Source: an uncultured delta proteobacterium
GTDB lineage: Bacteria > Desulfobacterota > Binatia > Binatales > Binataceae
Assembly: GCA_963711565.1 (NCBI GenBank)
Contig: CAVQEQ010000004.1
Location: 288,001-352,000 of the forward strand
Direction of reading: 5' to 3'
Length of the DNA stretch: 64,000 nucleotides
A program made the translations under genes and the position numbers. A model generated the notes under the pieces. It ran no database searches. It was not told the origin of the DNA and saw only the letters and a list, made by a program, of their open reading frames with translations. Positions 1-9,781 of the stretch are shown piece after piece. The number at the start of each line of letters is the position of its first letter. Positions within the stretch are counted from its first letter, which is position 1.

Positions 1-852
1 CCCTACAAGCAATACGCGGAGTTATTAAAATGGTCGGCACTAGTATTATTCGTATACGCCGCCACTGCCTTTGTAGTTCATGTTCCCTTGAAGCCGGTAC
101 TGATCGGGACGTTCGTACCGTCGCTGTCTCTTTCGAATAGCTACCTGACCGCACTGACCGCGGTGTTTGGAACCACCATAAGTCCGTATCTCTTCTTCTG
201 GCAGGCCTCACAGGAAGTTCAGGAACAGCAAGCTGCGCGCGGCGAGAAAGCTCTCAAGCGCGCTCCGCGGCAGGCCCCTGCGCAACTGAGGCGGATGCGA
301 GGCGATACCTATCTCGGGATGGCATTTTCCAACGTCATTGCCTTCTTCATCATGCTCGATACCGCCGCCGTCCTGCACACTCACGGCATCACCGACATCC
401 AGACCGGAGCGCAAGCCGCCGAGGCGTTGCGCCCGCTGGCAGGCGAGCTGGCCTTCCTGCTCTTCAGCATAGGCATTATAGGAACGGGGTTGATTGCTGT
501 CCCGGTGCTCGCGGGCTCTTCGGCTTACGCGCTGGCCGAGGCTCTCAAGTGGCCGATAGGACTCGAGCGCAAGCTGCACCGGGCGAAGGGGTTTTATGGA
601 ATCCTGGCGGTGGCGACCCTTATAGGAGTCGCGCTGAATTTCACAGACATCAATCCTATCAAGGCACTGTTCTGGAGCGCGGTGATCAATGGGGTGGCCG
701 CGGTTCCGATCATGATTGTGATGATGCTGATGACCAGCAACAAAAGCATCACCGGCGGCCTGCGGCTACCCACTCCTCAGAAGGCCATAGGATGGATCGC
801 AACCGGCGTGATGTTTGCCGTCGCCGCTTGCATGCTCGCGTCGCTGATATAG
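1..852 (+). CDS. Nramp-family divalent metal transporter, 5'-truncated by window edge
   Basis: Frame open from base 1; GTTISPYLFFWQ motif, multiple TM helices, AAEALRPLAG and LFWSAVING. Confidence 0.85.
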   Translation, partial: PYKQYAELLKWSALVLFVYAATAFVVHVPLKPVLIGTFVPSLSLSNSYLTALTAVFGTTISPYLFFWQASQEVQEQQAARGEKALKRAPRQAPAQLRRMRGDTYLGMAFSNVIAFFIMLDTAAVLHTHGITDIQTGAQAAEALRPLAGELAFLLFSIGIIGTGLIAVPVLAGSSAYALAEALKWPIGLERKLHRAKGFYGILAVATLIGVALNFTDINPIKALFWSAVINGVAAVPIMIVMMLMTSNKSITGGLRLPTPQKAIGWIATGVMFAVAACMLASLI

Positions 853-857
853 AACGG

Positions 858-1763
858 CTACAGCTTCTCGACGAATTCGATAATCGCCGCCGCGGTATCG
901 CCCGGATTATCCAGCGGCACGTGATGAAACGCGCGCGGGATTTCCTTCAGCACCGATCCGCGAATCTTCCGATGCATCGCCGCGACGTGCGACGCGCTTA
1001 CCAGCGCGCTCTGATCGCCGCGCAGCAGCAGCGTCGGCATCTTGATCTGCCTGATCTTCGGCCGCGTCATCTTATGCCCATGCTTGCGCCACGCCCGCGT
1101 CTCCGGGTCGAAGCGAAACGCCCACGTGCCATTGGGTAGCTGTTCGGCGCCCTGCAGCGCCAACCGCTCAACGTCCAGCCGCGTCAGGTTAGTCTGCGGT
1201 GGCTGCAAGCGGAACTTCTTGATGATGTCGTCGGCCGAGCGCAACTCGGGACGGACTCCGCCGTGCGATCGCCGGCGCCACCGCCACATCAAGCGCCGAA
1301 ACAGCGGCGGCGGTCCGTGCGGCGCATCGACGATGATCAGCGCCTCGAGCAATTCCGGATGCGTGACCGCCACCCACTGCGCGACCGCTCCGCCCATCGA
1401 GTGCCCAACCAGGATCACGCGTGTGCCGAGGCTCTCGATCAGACCTTGGGCGTCGTTCTGATACGCCGGTGGACCGTAACCTCCCGAACCCGCCCACTGA
1501 CTGCGTCCGTGACCGCGAAAATCCAGCGCGAGAACGCGCCCATACGGCGTCAGCAGCGGTGCGACGCCGTCCCACCAATGCACATGCGCTGCGCCGCCGT
1601 GCAGCAGAACGAAAGTGTGTTTGTCGGAATCGCCGCCCCAGTCCAGATAGTGAAGCTTGAGTCCCTCAACCTCGACGTACCGATGGGTCGGCTCCGCAAT
1701 CGCGGTAGCCGCTTGATGTTGTGCCATAACCTGCGATTCTATTCGACGCGGGATCGTGTGCAT
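858..1763 (-). CDS. alpha/beta hydrolase (true start may be the downstream ATG, MAQHQ...)
   Basis: LLHGG, DFRGHGRS, GHSMGG nucleophile elbow, C-terminal HH. Confidence 0.9.
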   Translation of the reverse strand: MHTIPRRIESQVMAQHQAATAIAEPTHRYVEVEGLKLHYLDWGGDSDKHTFVLLHGGAAHVHWWDGVAPLLTPYGRVLALDFRGHGRSQWAGSGGYGPPAYQNDAQGLIESLGTRVILVGHSMGGAVAQWVAVTHPELLEALIIVDAPHGPPPLFRRLMWRWRRRSHGGVRPELRSADDIIKKFRLQPPQTNLTRLDVERLALQGAEQLPNGTWAFRFDPETRAWRKHGHKMTRPKIRQIKMPTLLLRGDQSALVSASHVAAMHRKIRGSVLKEIPRAFHHVPLDNPGDTAAAIIEFVEKL

Positions 1764-1833
1764 AGATTTTCATGCGCGCCATTGTCGTGCTAACAACCGC
1801 AGCAGAACAGAGATTGCCAAGGAGAATCGTTCG

Positions 1834-2619
1834 ATGGCCCTGAGACTCGAAAACAAAAATGCACTGATCACCGGCGGCGCAAGCGGCATCGGCCGCGGGA
1901 CCGCGATTCGATTCGCCGAAGAAGGCGCCAACATCTTCGTCGCCGACCGACATCTCGCCGCCGCCGAGGAAACCGCCGCCGCCGTGAAAAAGCTCGGCCG
2001 CAAGGCGGTCGCATATCAGGTCGATACCAGCGACGAGGCGCAGGTGAACGCGATGGTCGCGCAGATGGTGAAGGACCTCGGCGGCGTCAACATCGTAGTC
2101 GCCGCGGCGGGAATCTCGCACGCGCACTACGGTGAAGAAGGGCAGCCCGACATCACCTTCCTTAGCAACAAATCCTTCGCCAACTGGCGCAAGGTGTTGA
2201 GCGTCAACCTCGACGGCGTGTTCCTGACCGATCGCGCATGCGCCAAGGCGATGATCGATGCCGGCAACGGCGGACGCATCATCAATATCGCCTCAGCCGC
2301 CGCGCGCCTCCCGACTCCCGGCGTCGGCGAGTATTCCGTCAGCAAGGCCGGCGTGTGGATGCTGACCCGCGTGCTGGCGATGGAGTTGGCGCCCTTCAAC
2401 ATCACTGCGAATGCGATCGGCCCGGGCTTCATCAAGACTCCAATGACTGCCGGGATACAGGACTTCGCCAACATGACGCCGCTGATGGATCGCGTGCCGA
2501 TGAAGAAGATGGGCGAGCCGGTCAACGTCGCCAACACCGCCCTGTTCCTCGCCAGCGAGGAGGGCCGCTACTACACCGGCTCGATCCTGCACCCCGACGG
2601 CGGCATCACAATGCAGTGA
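1834..2619 (+). CDS. short-chain dehydrogenase/reductase
   Basis: TGGASGIG, YSVSK; GGAGA RBS before ATG 1834. Confidence 0.9.
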   Translation: MALRLENKNALITGGASGIGRGTAIRFAEEGANIFVADRHLAAAEETAAAVKKLGRKAVAYQVDTSDEAQVNAMVAQMVKDLGGVNIVVAAAGISHAHYGEEGQPDITFLSNKSFANWRKVLSVNLDGVFLTDRACAKAMIDAGNGGRIINIASAAARLPTPGVGEYSVSKAGVWMLTRVLAMELAPFNITANAIGPGFIKTPMTAGIQDFANMTPLMDRVPMKKMGEPVNVANTALFLASEEGRYYTGSILHPDGGITMQ

Positions 2620-2666
2620 GATTGACTCGCAACGATTTGATTGCGAAGTGGATCGCTCTTTTTTTG

Positions 2667-2777
2667 TGTCATCCTGAGCGCAGCGAAGGATCTCGCGCGC
2701 CGCGCGTACTGGCAGGCGCCGGACGCAGGATCGTCCGTCGAGATTCTTCGCTACAGCAGCTTCCGCTCAGAATGACA
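2667..2777. repeat. REP-like palindromic element, family D (TGTCATCCTGAGCGCAGCGAAGGATCTC...GAGATTCTTCGCT...GCTCAGAATGACA)
   Basis: Terminal inverted repeats TGTCAT/ATGACA with imperfect arms; half copies at 22585 and 29787. Confidence 0.8.
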
Positions 2778-3152
2778 AGATCGGCGCTGGCCGTTGCGTT
2801 GCTGATGCTCGTCGGCGCGACCACCCCCGCGTTCGCTCAGAGCCCTGCCGCCACGGCGACGCCGATGGTCATGCCCATGATTCCCCAGATCCAGCTTCAA
2901 CCGGTGCCCGCCTACGGCCCGGCCCCCCTGACCGTCGGCTTCTTTGTATCGAGCGTCAATCCGGATGCCGCGCCGCTGGCCAGCTATATCTGGAACTTCG
3001 GCGACGGCCAAGTCTCGATGTTGCCGCCGACCGCGCTGTTTCACACTTACACAAATCCCGGCAGCTACGTGGTCAACGTAACTGCGACCGACACCGACGG
3101 CCATCAGGCCTCATCGTTCGCCGGCATAATCGTGACGCAGCCCCCGCAGTAG
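2772..3152 (+). CDS. secreted PKD-domain protein
   Basis: Signal peptide ending AFA; GPAPLTV, YIWNFGDG, HTYTNPGSYVV. Confidence 0.8.
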   Translation: MTRSALAVALLMLVGATTPAFAQSPAATATPMVMPMIPQIQLQPVPAYGPAPLTVGFFVSSVNPDAAPLASYIWNFGDGQVSMLPPTALFHTYTNPGSYVVNVTATDTDGHQASSFAGIIVTQPPQ

Positions 3153-3164
3153 CTTGGCCACGCG

Positions 3165-3848
3165 CTAGTTCTTCAGCATCTCGATCGTGCCGGTATCGAG
3201 ATCGTAAATACCCCCGACGATCTTGAGCTCGCCCGATTTCACCATCGCCGACAGCTCTGCCGAAGTGGCGAGATTTTTCATCACCAGCTGGACGTTCTCG
3301 CGCACCGCGTTCTCGACCGGATCGCCCGCCATGCCCTTGGCCGCCGCCACCGCCGGCCGCAGTTCGCTCAACATCGGACCAACGTCGCCTTCCTCTTCAT
3401 GACCCGCAACCGCCGCGATCACCGCGCCGCATCGGCGATGCCCCAGCACCATTACCAATCGCACGCCGAGATGCTTGACTGAGTAGTCGAGGCTCTCGAT
3501 CACCACCTTGTCGGCGACATTGCCCGCCACGCGCACGGTGAAGATGTCGCCCAGCCCGCGATCGAAAATAGTTTCGGGCGGCGTGCGCGAATCCGAGCAT
3601 GCCAGCACCGACGCAAACGGATGCTGTCCCTTGGCCACTTCCTCGCGGCGTTCCGGCGACTCGTTGGGATGATCCAGCTTGCCGGTAACAAACCGTTCAT
3701 TGCCTTCGAGTAAGAGTTTGAGGGCTTGATTGGCAGGCATCGTAGGCGCGGCAAGAGCGGCCATCGCCGCGCGCACCATCGTAATCGACAGCGCGCCGGC
3801 AGCCAACAGCATCGACACTCTCAATTTATTTTTTCTATGTCCAACCAC
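3165..3848 (-). CDS. beta-class carbonic anhydrase with probable signal peptide
   Basis: LLEGNERF, CSDSR, VRVAGN, GHRRCGA; GGGAG RBS before GTG 3848. Confidence 0.9.
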   Translation of the reverse strand: MVGHRKNKLRVSMLLAAGALSITMVRAAMAALAAPTMPANQALKLLLEGNERFVTGKLDHPNESPERREEVAKGQHPFASVLACSDSRTPPETIFDRGLGDIFTVRVAGNVADKVVIESLDYSVKHLGVRLVMVLGHRRCGAVIAAVAGHEEEGDVGPMLSELRPAVAAAKGMAGDPVENAVRENVQLVMKNLATSAELSAMVKSGELKIVGGIYDLDTGTIEMLKN

Positions 3849-4082
3849 GATTGCTTCTCCCCGGGGTGTCTTTACAGAGTTCAACTCGAACCGAATCCTA
3901 TCGGAAACCAAGCCCATTTGCTTCAGGAGCCAAGCCGCTCGGATTTTCGATTCTGAATCGCACCGCCGCCCTCGTGTGCGTCAATCCCGCCGCATCGGCC
4001 TTCCACGGTGGCATTGACACCGTGCCGCCATTCGCCAGTATTGGTGGCGATGAGCCACAAATCCAGCTTCAGCGTGATTTCC

Positions 4083-4589
4083 ATGTCGGTGACAAATTTC
4101 CCAAAACAATTCCTCGCGGCGCTTGCATTGGGCGTTCTCGCGTTCATTGTCGCGGGATGCATGGGCGATCAAATCGATGCCACCAACAAGCTGGTTCAAC
4201 AACAACAGGAACAACTCGAGCATCAGCAACAGGAGCTCGAAGCCCTCCAGGCGAATCAGAATCAAAGCTATACGCCCGGCGCCGCGCCCGCCGCTCGTGG
4301 CGGCTGCGACAAGGACGTCGAGTCGATCGCGAGCAAGCGCGGCGGCGACAAGTTCGCCGCCGGCGAGTTCAACAAAGCACTCGGCTACTACCAGGATGCG
4401 CTCCTGTCTTGCCCCAACGATGAGCGGGCCGAGGTCAACGTCGCGCGCAGCTACGAGGCGCTCGGCAACAACGTCGCTGCCATCAACCTCTACAGAAAGG
4501 TGGCTGACAACGGCGGCGCCATCGACACCGACGCTCAGGAAGAAGCCAAGGCCGCGCTCCTCCGCCTGCAAGCGTCGCGACTGCCCTGA
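4083..4589 (+). CDS. TPR-containing lipoprotein
   Basis: Lipobox VAGC, Q-rich coiled coil, TPR-like helices; start uncertain. Confidence 0.7.
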   Translation: MSVTNFPKQFLAALALGVLAFIVAGCMGDQIDATNKLVQQQQEQLEHQQQELEALQANQNQSYTPGAAPAARGGCDKDVESIASKRGGDKFAAGEFNKALGYYQDALLSCPNDERAEVNVARSYEALGNNVAAINLYRKVADNGGAIDTDAQEEAKAALLRLQASRLP

Positions 4590-4596
4590 CTCCCGA

Positions 4597-4638
4597 CCGG
4601 TCCCCCCTTCCGGCGCGGGAAGGGGGCAGCGTTAGGTT
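4597..4638. repeat. degenerate family E palindrome (CCCCCTTCCGGCGCGGGAAGGGGG...TTAGGTT)
   Basis: Similar to copies at 5838, 33361, 60303. Confidence 0.6.
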
Positions 4639-4718
4639 GACGCCGGTTTGGTTCTGCTCGGCGCGCTCGTTAGATTCGATAGTGGAGCGATGCGCACTGA
4701 CAGTTCGCTCCCCTCTCC

Positions 4719-5735
4719 ATGGACGGCAACGGCAATCGCGAAACTCCCGAGCTGACCGGCGCACGGTCGCGCCGAATTGCAATTCTTACCGCCGGCGGCG
4801 ACGCTCCCGGCATGAACGCTGCTATCCGCGCGGTGGTTCGCAGCGCTGCGGTCGCGGGCGTCGAGGTGATCGGATTCAGGCGCGGCTACGAGGGCCTCAT
4901 CCGCGACCTCGCCGAGCCGCTCAGCGGCCGCTCCGTCGCCAACATGATCCAGCGCGGCGGCACCTTCCTCGAAACCTCGCGCTCACCGGAATTCCGCACG
5001 CCCGCCGCGCGCGGCCTGGCAGCCCGCAACTTGCGGCGTCACTTGATCGAGGCCCTAATCGTCGTCGGTGGCGAAGGCTCGATGACCGGCGCGACACTCT
5101 TCGCCGGCGAGACCGGCATCCCGATCTTCGTCATCCCCGCATCGATCGACAACGACATCCCCGGCACCGACTACTCGATTGGCTTCGATACCGCCGTCAA
5201 CACCGCGCTCGACGCCATCGACCGCATTCGCGACACCGCATTCGCCTACGAGCGCGTCTTCTGCGTCGAGGTGATGGGCCGCGACTCGGGCTTTATCGCA
5301 ATCGCGGTTGCCCTCGGCGGCGGTGCCGAGGCGGTCATCGTCCCGGAACTCCCATTCAGCCTCGACGACATCTGCGATCGCGTCGAGGACAGCCATCGCC
5401 GCGGGAAACGCTCGACAATCGTCGTCGTTTCGGAAGGTCCGCGCACCGGCGGTGTCATCCCGGTCGCCGAGGCCCTCACCGCCCGGCTCGGGATGCAGGC
5501 GCGCGTCGTCGTCCTTGGTCATGTTCAGCGCGGCGGAGCACCCACCGCCCGCGACCGCCTGCTGGCGAGCAGGATGGGCGCCGGCGCCGTCAAGGCAATC
5601 CTCGACGGCGCAGGTCCTTCGCTGATTGGCGAGGAGCGCGGCGCAATCGTCCGCGTCCCGCTGGGCGAGGTAGCCAACAAGCGCCGCCCGCTGGATCCCT
5701 CGCTAATCGAACTGGTCCATCAACTCTCCACCTGA
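4719..5735 (+). CDS. pfkA: 6-phosphofructokinase
   Basis: GGDAPGMNAAIR, IDND, EVMGR, LGHVQRGG. Confidence 0.93.
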   Translation: MDGNGNRETPELTGARSRRIAILTAGGDAPGMNAAIRAVVRSAAVAGVEVIGFRRGYEGLIRDLAEPLSGRSVANMIQRGGTFLETSRSPEFRTPAARGLAARNLRRHLIEALIVVGGEGSMTGATLFAGETGIPIFVIPASIDNDIPGTDYSIGFDTAVNTALDAIDRIRDTAFAYERVFCVEVMGRDSGFIAIAVALGGGAEAVIVPELPFSLDDICDRVEDSHRRGKRSTIVVVSEGPRTGGVIPVAEALTARLGMQARVVVLGHVQRGGAPTARDRLLASRMGAGAVKAILDGAGPSLIGEERGAIVRVPLGEVANKRRPLDPSLIELVHQLST

Positions 5736-5837
5736 TTCCCCGGCCCAAGTTTTCCGCGACCGGATCTCTTCTCGGGATGCGATCTGGTACTCATGTCCGG
5801 TCCCTTCTTCCCGCGCGGAAAGAGATTCTCTCTCTAT

Positions 5838-5883
5838 CCGGTTCCCCTTCCCGCGCGGGAAGGGGTTAGGGGTTAGGTTCTTC
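5838..5883 (-). repeat. family E palindrome (CCTAACCCCTAACCCCTTCCC-N6-GGGAAGGGGAAC on - strand)
   Basis: Near-identical to 33361-33405 and 60303-60342. Confidence 0.85.
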
Positions 5884-5978
5884 GCATCGCCGTTGAAATA
5901 ATCCGCAAGCCCGCCAGGTCCGCATTTCCGAACGACAGGACTGTTGTCCACAACTTCGGGAACCAACCGCGCAACTCG

Positions 5979-6491
5979 ATGGTTGAAATCTCGCAAGGGG
6001 ACGTCCTAACGCCCCGGCGGGTTTTGCAGATGTCTGATGGCTTCCAGCTGAGTTCCGATACCGCGGTCGAGCGCTTCGTCGGCCTGAATCAGATTCTTCC
6101 CAGCCAATACTATGACGTTTCTGGCGGCCATCGCCTGACCGGCGAGCAGCGCCTGATGCTCGCGTTGCTGGCCGACGCAATCAACGTCTACCAGCAGGGC
6201 GTCCTGTCGCGGAATACGCGCAAGCGCCTGCTTTTCATCGACGCCGAGCGATGGATCACGGCCACCGCCAGAAGCCGCCACGCCTTCGGTTTCGACACCG
6301 TTTGCGACGCGCTAGGAATCAACCCGAGCGTCCTGCGGCGCCGGATGCTCGCCTGGAAACACGAACTCCACCGCAACGCACAGGCACGCGCCGCAACACC
6401 TCATCTGCGGCTCAAAATCACGCCGCGCAACAAGCATCTAAGTCATCGCCGCCGCCGCATCCGCACCTCGATAGCCGTCCCTGCCTTCTGA
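5979..6491 (+). CDS. hypothetical protein, basic C-terminus (start may be 6030)
   Basis: Coding-like codon usage; GEQRLMLALLADAI...AERWI...FDTVCDALGI. Confidence 0.65.
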   Translation: MVEISQGDVLTPRRVLQMSDGFQLSSDTAVERFVGLNQILPSQYYDVSGGHRLTGEQRLMLALLADAINVYQQGVLSRNTRKRLLFIDAERWITATARSRHAFGFDTVCDALGINPSVLRRRMLAWKHELHRNAQARAATPHLRLKITPRNKHLSHRRRRIRTSIAVPAF

Positions 6492-6572
6492 TCCGGCTCT
6501 TCCCCAAGCCTCCTCCGCGGCTGGCGACTCCCCCGCGCCAGCCGCGGACCCGGAGGCTCTCTTCCTGACATT

Positions 6573-6629
6573 GGGTGCAGGGGTCACCCCTGCCGAAGGA
6601 GGTGCGGAACCCACCGCGGGTTCCGCATC
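6573..6629 (+). repeat. family A (GGGTGCAGGGGTCACCCCTGCC) plus family B variant (GCGGAACCCACCGCGGGTTCCGC)
   Basis: A recurs at 22359, 24579, 25726, 42546, 60433. Confidence 0.85.
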
Positions 6630-6726
6630 AAATAAAGTGATTTACCCTTCCCGCTCCGCGCCTCTCGCCAACGCGCCCCAACAGTGCGATAAATCTCCTC
6701 GAACACCCTCGGAGGACGTTTTCATT

Positions 6727-7506
6727 TTGAAGAATCCATTTAGTGTCGAAGGCAAAGTCACAATTGTAACCGGCGGCGGAACCGGAATCGGCGAGTCGAT
6801 CGCCAAGGAGTTCGCGATGCGCGGTGCGCCCGTTCTGATCGCGAGCCGCAAGCTCGAGAACCTCGAGCGCGTGCGCGACGAGATTCGCAAGGACGGCGGC
6901 AAATGCGAGATGACGCAGGTTGACGTCCGCGACGCCGATCAATGCGACAAAATGGTCGCCGAAGCGGTCAAGCAGTTCGGCCGCCTCGACGTGCTGATCA
7001 ACAATCACGGCGCCAGTATCACGACGCCGTCGCTCAATCTCTCGCCCAACGGATGGCGCGCGGTGGTCGGGATCAATCTCGACGGCACGTTCTTCTGCTC
7101 GAAGTCGGCGGCGCGCCAGTTCATCGAGCAGAAGGGTCCCGGCTCGATCGTCAATATCTCGTCCACGGCAGGCGTGCACGGCTCGCCCACGATGCTTCCG
7201 TACGGCGCCGCGAAAGCCGGCGTAATCAACCTGACCGTCTCGCAGGCCGGCGAATGGGGTCCCGTGGGCATTCGCGTCAACTGTATCGCGCCGGGGCCGA
7301 TCGACACCGAAGGCGCGGCGCCGCGCGTATGGCCCAATCCGAAGGTCAAAGATATGGTCGCGCGATCGCGCGCGCTGCAGCGCTTCGGCCGCGTCGAGGA
7401 AATCGCCTACCCATGCCTCTTCCTGGCGTCCGACGCGTCCAGCTACGTCACCGGCTCGCTGCTGATAATCGACGGCGGCGAAGGCATGATGCGCCTGGGC
7501 GGATAG
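6727..7506 (+). CDS. SDR oxidoreductase (2,4-dienoyl-CoA reductase-like)
   Basis: TGGGTGIG, YGAAK, NCIAPGPI; GGAGG RBS before TTG 6727. Confidence 0.88.
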   Translation: MKNPFSVEGKVTIVTGGGTGIGESIAKEFAMRGAPVLIASRKLENLERVRDEIRKDGGKCEMTQVDVRDADQCDKMVAEAVKQFGRLDVLINNHGASITTPSLNLSPNGWRAVVGINLDGTFFCSKSAARQFIEQKGPGSIVNISSTAGVHGSPTMLPYGAAKAGVINLTVSQAGEWGPVGIRVNCIAPGPIDTEGAAPRVWPNPKVKDMVARSRALQRFGRVEEIAYPCLFLASDASSYVTGSLLIIDGGEGMMRLGG

Positions 7507-7569
7507 TTGGACAAACCACCGCATCAACAGTAAATAATTCGTCGATTCTGTCGAGAGAGGTTGATTTGT

Positions 7570-8025
7570 ATGGATAAGAGCGCCGTCGGGAAAACCGGCA
7601 AACCATTTAAGATGCATGTCGATTGGAGCAAGGTCCGCGAGTTCGCCCGCGCGATCAAAGATCCGAATCCGCTCTACTTCGATCAGGAATTGGCGAAGAA
7701 GGAAGTCGGCGGAGTGCCGGTGCCGGTCACGTTCCTGCAGACGAGCGCGTTCTGGACCGACGAGACTTCGAGTCCCGGCTTCGGCGGCTTCGATATGCGC
7801 CGTATCCTGCACGGCGAGCAGGAATTCGAATTCTTCAAACCGATCTTCGTCGGCGACACTCTGACCGGCGTGACCAGGGTCGCCAACGTCCTCGAAAAGG
7901 AAGGCGGCCGCGGCGGCAAGATGACGCTGCTGATCACCGAGACCGGGTACACCAACCAGAAGGGCGAGAAAGTCGCAATCGCGCGCGCGACCCTGATCGA
8001 AACCGGTCAAGCAGTCAAAGCCTGA
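7570..8025 (+). CDS. MaoC-like (FAS1 N-terminal) dehydratase subunit
   Basis: KVREFARAI, LHGEQEFEF hot-dog motif. Confidence 0.85.
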   Translation: MDKSAVGKTGKPFKMHVDWSKVREFARAIKDPNPLYFDQELAKKEVGGVPVPVTFLQTSAFWTDETSSPGFGGFDMRRILHGEQEFEFFKPIFVGDTLTGVTRVANVLEKEGGRGGKMTLLITETGYTNQKGEKVAIARATLIETGQAVKA

Positions 8026-8044
8026 CCCCAGTCGGTGAAAAAAG

Positions 8045-8464
8045 ATGGCAAAATTAAAATACGATTCAGTGAAAGTCGGCGACGAAATTCCGAAAATCGA
8101 AATCAAAGGCGTCACCCGTCCCGATTTCGTCCGCTACGCCGGCGCGTCCGGCGACTTCGTCCCGCTGCATTACGATCAGACTTTCGTCGAGGCGGCTGGA
8201 ATCCCGACCGTGTTCGCGCAGGGGATGTTCACCGCGGGCCTGCTCTCCAAGGCCGTCACCGACTATGTCGGAATCGGCAACGTCCGCCGCTTCCAGGTCC
8301 GCTTCGCCACTCGCGTATGGCCGGGCAACGTCGTCACCTGCACCGGCAAGGTCACCAACAAGGTTGAGAAAGACGGCGAGAAGCAGATCGAGGGCGACCT
8401 GATAGTCCTGAACCAAAAAGGCGAGCCCGCAATCAAGGGCAGCTTCCGCGCCGCCTGCGCGTAG
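8045..8464 (+). CDS. MaoC-family dehydratase
   Basis: RYAGASGDFVPLH, AQGM. Confidence 0.88.
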   Translation: MAKLKYDSVKVGDEIPKIEIKGVTRPDFVRYAGASGDFVPLHYDQTFVEAAGIPTVFAQGMFTAGLLSKAVTDYVGIGNVRRFQVRFATRVWPGNVVTCTGKVTNKVEKDGEKQIEGDLIVLNQKGEPAIKGSFRAACA

Positions 8465-8488
8465 GCGGCGGGAAGGGCAAATCACCTC

Positions 8489-8525
8489 ATTGAGTGTGAA
8501 ACCCCCGGTGGGTTTCACATTCAAT
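8489..8525. repeat. family B palindrome ATTGAGTGTGAAACCC-CCGGT-GGGTTTCACATTCAAT
   Basis: Near-perfect inverted repeat; recurs at 22321, 25756, 60454. Confidence 0.85.
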
Positions 8526-8618
8526 CAGGATATTCCATTCGCGCGCGGCGCGTGGTTAAGATGACCACTCGTCAGAGTTAAGTTCCGGTTTGGGCTGGTC
8601 GGCAACGAGGTGGGGAAG

Positions 8619-9779
8619 ATGGTGCCGATTCGCTACAATTTCCGCAGCGTGATGGAGCGGCGCGCGACGTCGCTGATGACGATAATGGGCGTCGCGCTGG
8701 TCTCGATGATCTTCATCCTCGTTTTCGGATTTGCCGCCGGGCTCAATCAATCTCTGCTCAATGCCGGCGAAGACCGCAACGTGATCGTGATGGCCCGCGG
8801 CGTGACCAGCGAGAACGAGAGCTTCGTTCCCCATCAGAGTGTCGAGATACTGCGGGTGCGTCCGGAAATCGCAACCAACCAACAGCATCAGCCGCTCCTC
8901 TCGCGAGAGAGCATCGTCGGCGTGAACGTCAGTCGTACCAGAGGCGCCAAGGAATTCGCGCTGCTCCGCGGCGTCGATCCGATTGCCTACCAAGTGCATC
9001 CGCACCTTCAGCTCGTCGAGGGGCACTGGCCGGTGCGCGGCGATGGGGAATGGGTGGTCGGGCGACGGCTGCTGGCGCGCTTTCCATATCTCCAGCCGGG
9101 GACCGCATTTCACTACGAGCATCGTGATTGGAAAATCGTCGGGGTCTTTTCCGACAACGACAGCGCGCGCGAATCGGAAGCCTGGACCGATCTTGACGAC
9201 CTGATCAACGACTTTCATTGGGACGTCGGCGGCGCCGCCGCACTGCATCTCGTGTTGAATCCCGGGAGCGCGGCTGAGTTTGCACAGGCGATCAAGGCCG
9301 ACGGCCGCCTCTCGCTGCAGGCCGAAACCGAAAGCGAATACTACGCCGTGCAGGCGGCCTTGGCGGGGCAACTCCGCATGCTGGGATTGATCGTCGCGCT
9401 TGCGCTCGCGATTGGCGCGACCTTCGGCGGCGCGAACACGATGTACACGGCCGTGACCCGCCGCGGGCGCGAGATCGGAGTGCTGCGCGTATTGGGATTT
9501 TCGCGCGGCGACATTCTGAGCAGCTTCGTGATCGAGAGCGTCATCCTCGGCGTCGCCGGCGGCGTGGCGGGCGTCCTGCTCGCGACCGCAGTCGCGTGGG
9601 CGACAGGATTGACCAGCCGCACGATGAGTGTCGGCGCGATGTTCTTTTCGTACCGTCCTACCGCGGGTGCAATCGTGGCCGGCGTCGTGGTAGCGGCGAT
9701 TATCGGAGTTGCGGGCGGCCTGATGCCGGCCCTGCGCGCTTCTCGAGTCGGTATCATCAGCGCGCTCAGGGAGGCGTGA
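8619..9779 (+). CDS. MacB/FtsX-like ABC transporter permease
   Basis: N-terminal TM, periplasmic domain, REIGVLRVLGFSR. Confidence 0.88.
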   Translation: MVPIRYNFRSVMERRATSLMTIMGVALVSMIFILVFGFAAGLNQSLLNAGEDRNVIVMARGVTSENESFVPHQSVEILRVRPEIATNQQHQPLLSRESIVGVNVSRTRGAKEFALLRGVDPIAYQVHPHLQLVEGHWPVRGDGEWVVGRRLLARFPYLQPGTAFHYEHRDWKIVGVFSDNDSARESEAWTDLDDLINDFHWDVGGAAALHLVLNPGSAAEFAQAIKADGRLSLQAETESEYYAVQAALAGQLRMLGLIVALALAIGATFGGANTMYTAVTRRGREIGVLRVLGFSRGDILSSFVIESVILGVAGGVAGVLLATAVAWATGLTSRTMSVGAMFFSYRPTAGAIVAGVVVAAIIGVAGGLMPALRASRVGIISALREA

Positions 9780-9781
9780 CG

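Noticed and set aside
5838-5883. TTAGGG-like telomeric sequence suggesting eukaryotic contamination
   Set aside because: Only two GGGGTTA units, embedded in a dispersed hairpin repeat among bacterial genes
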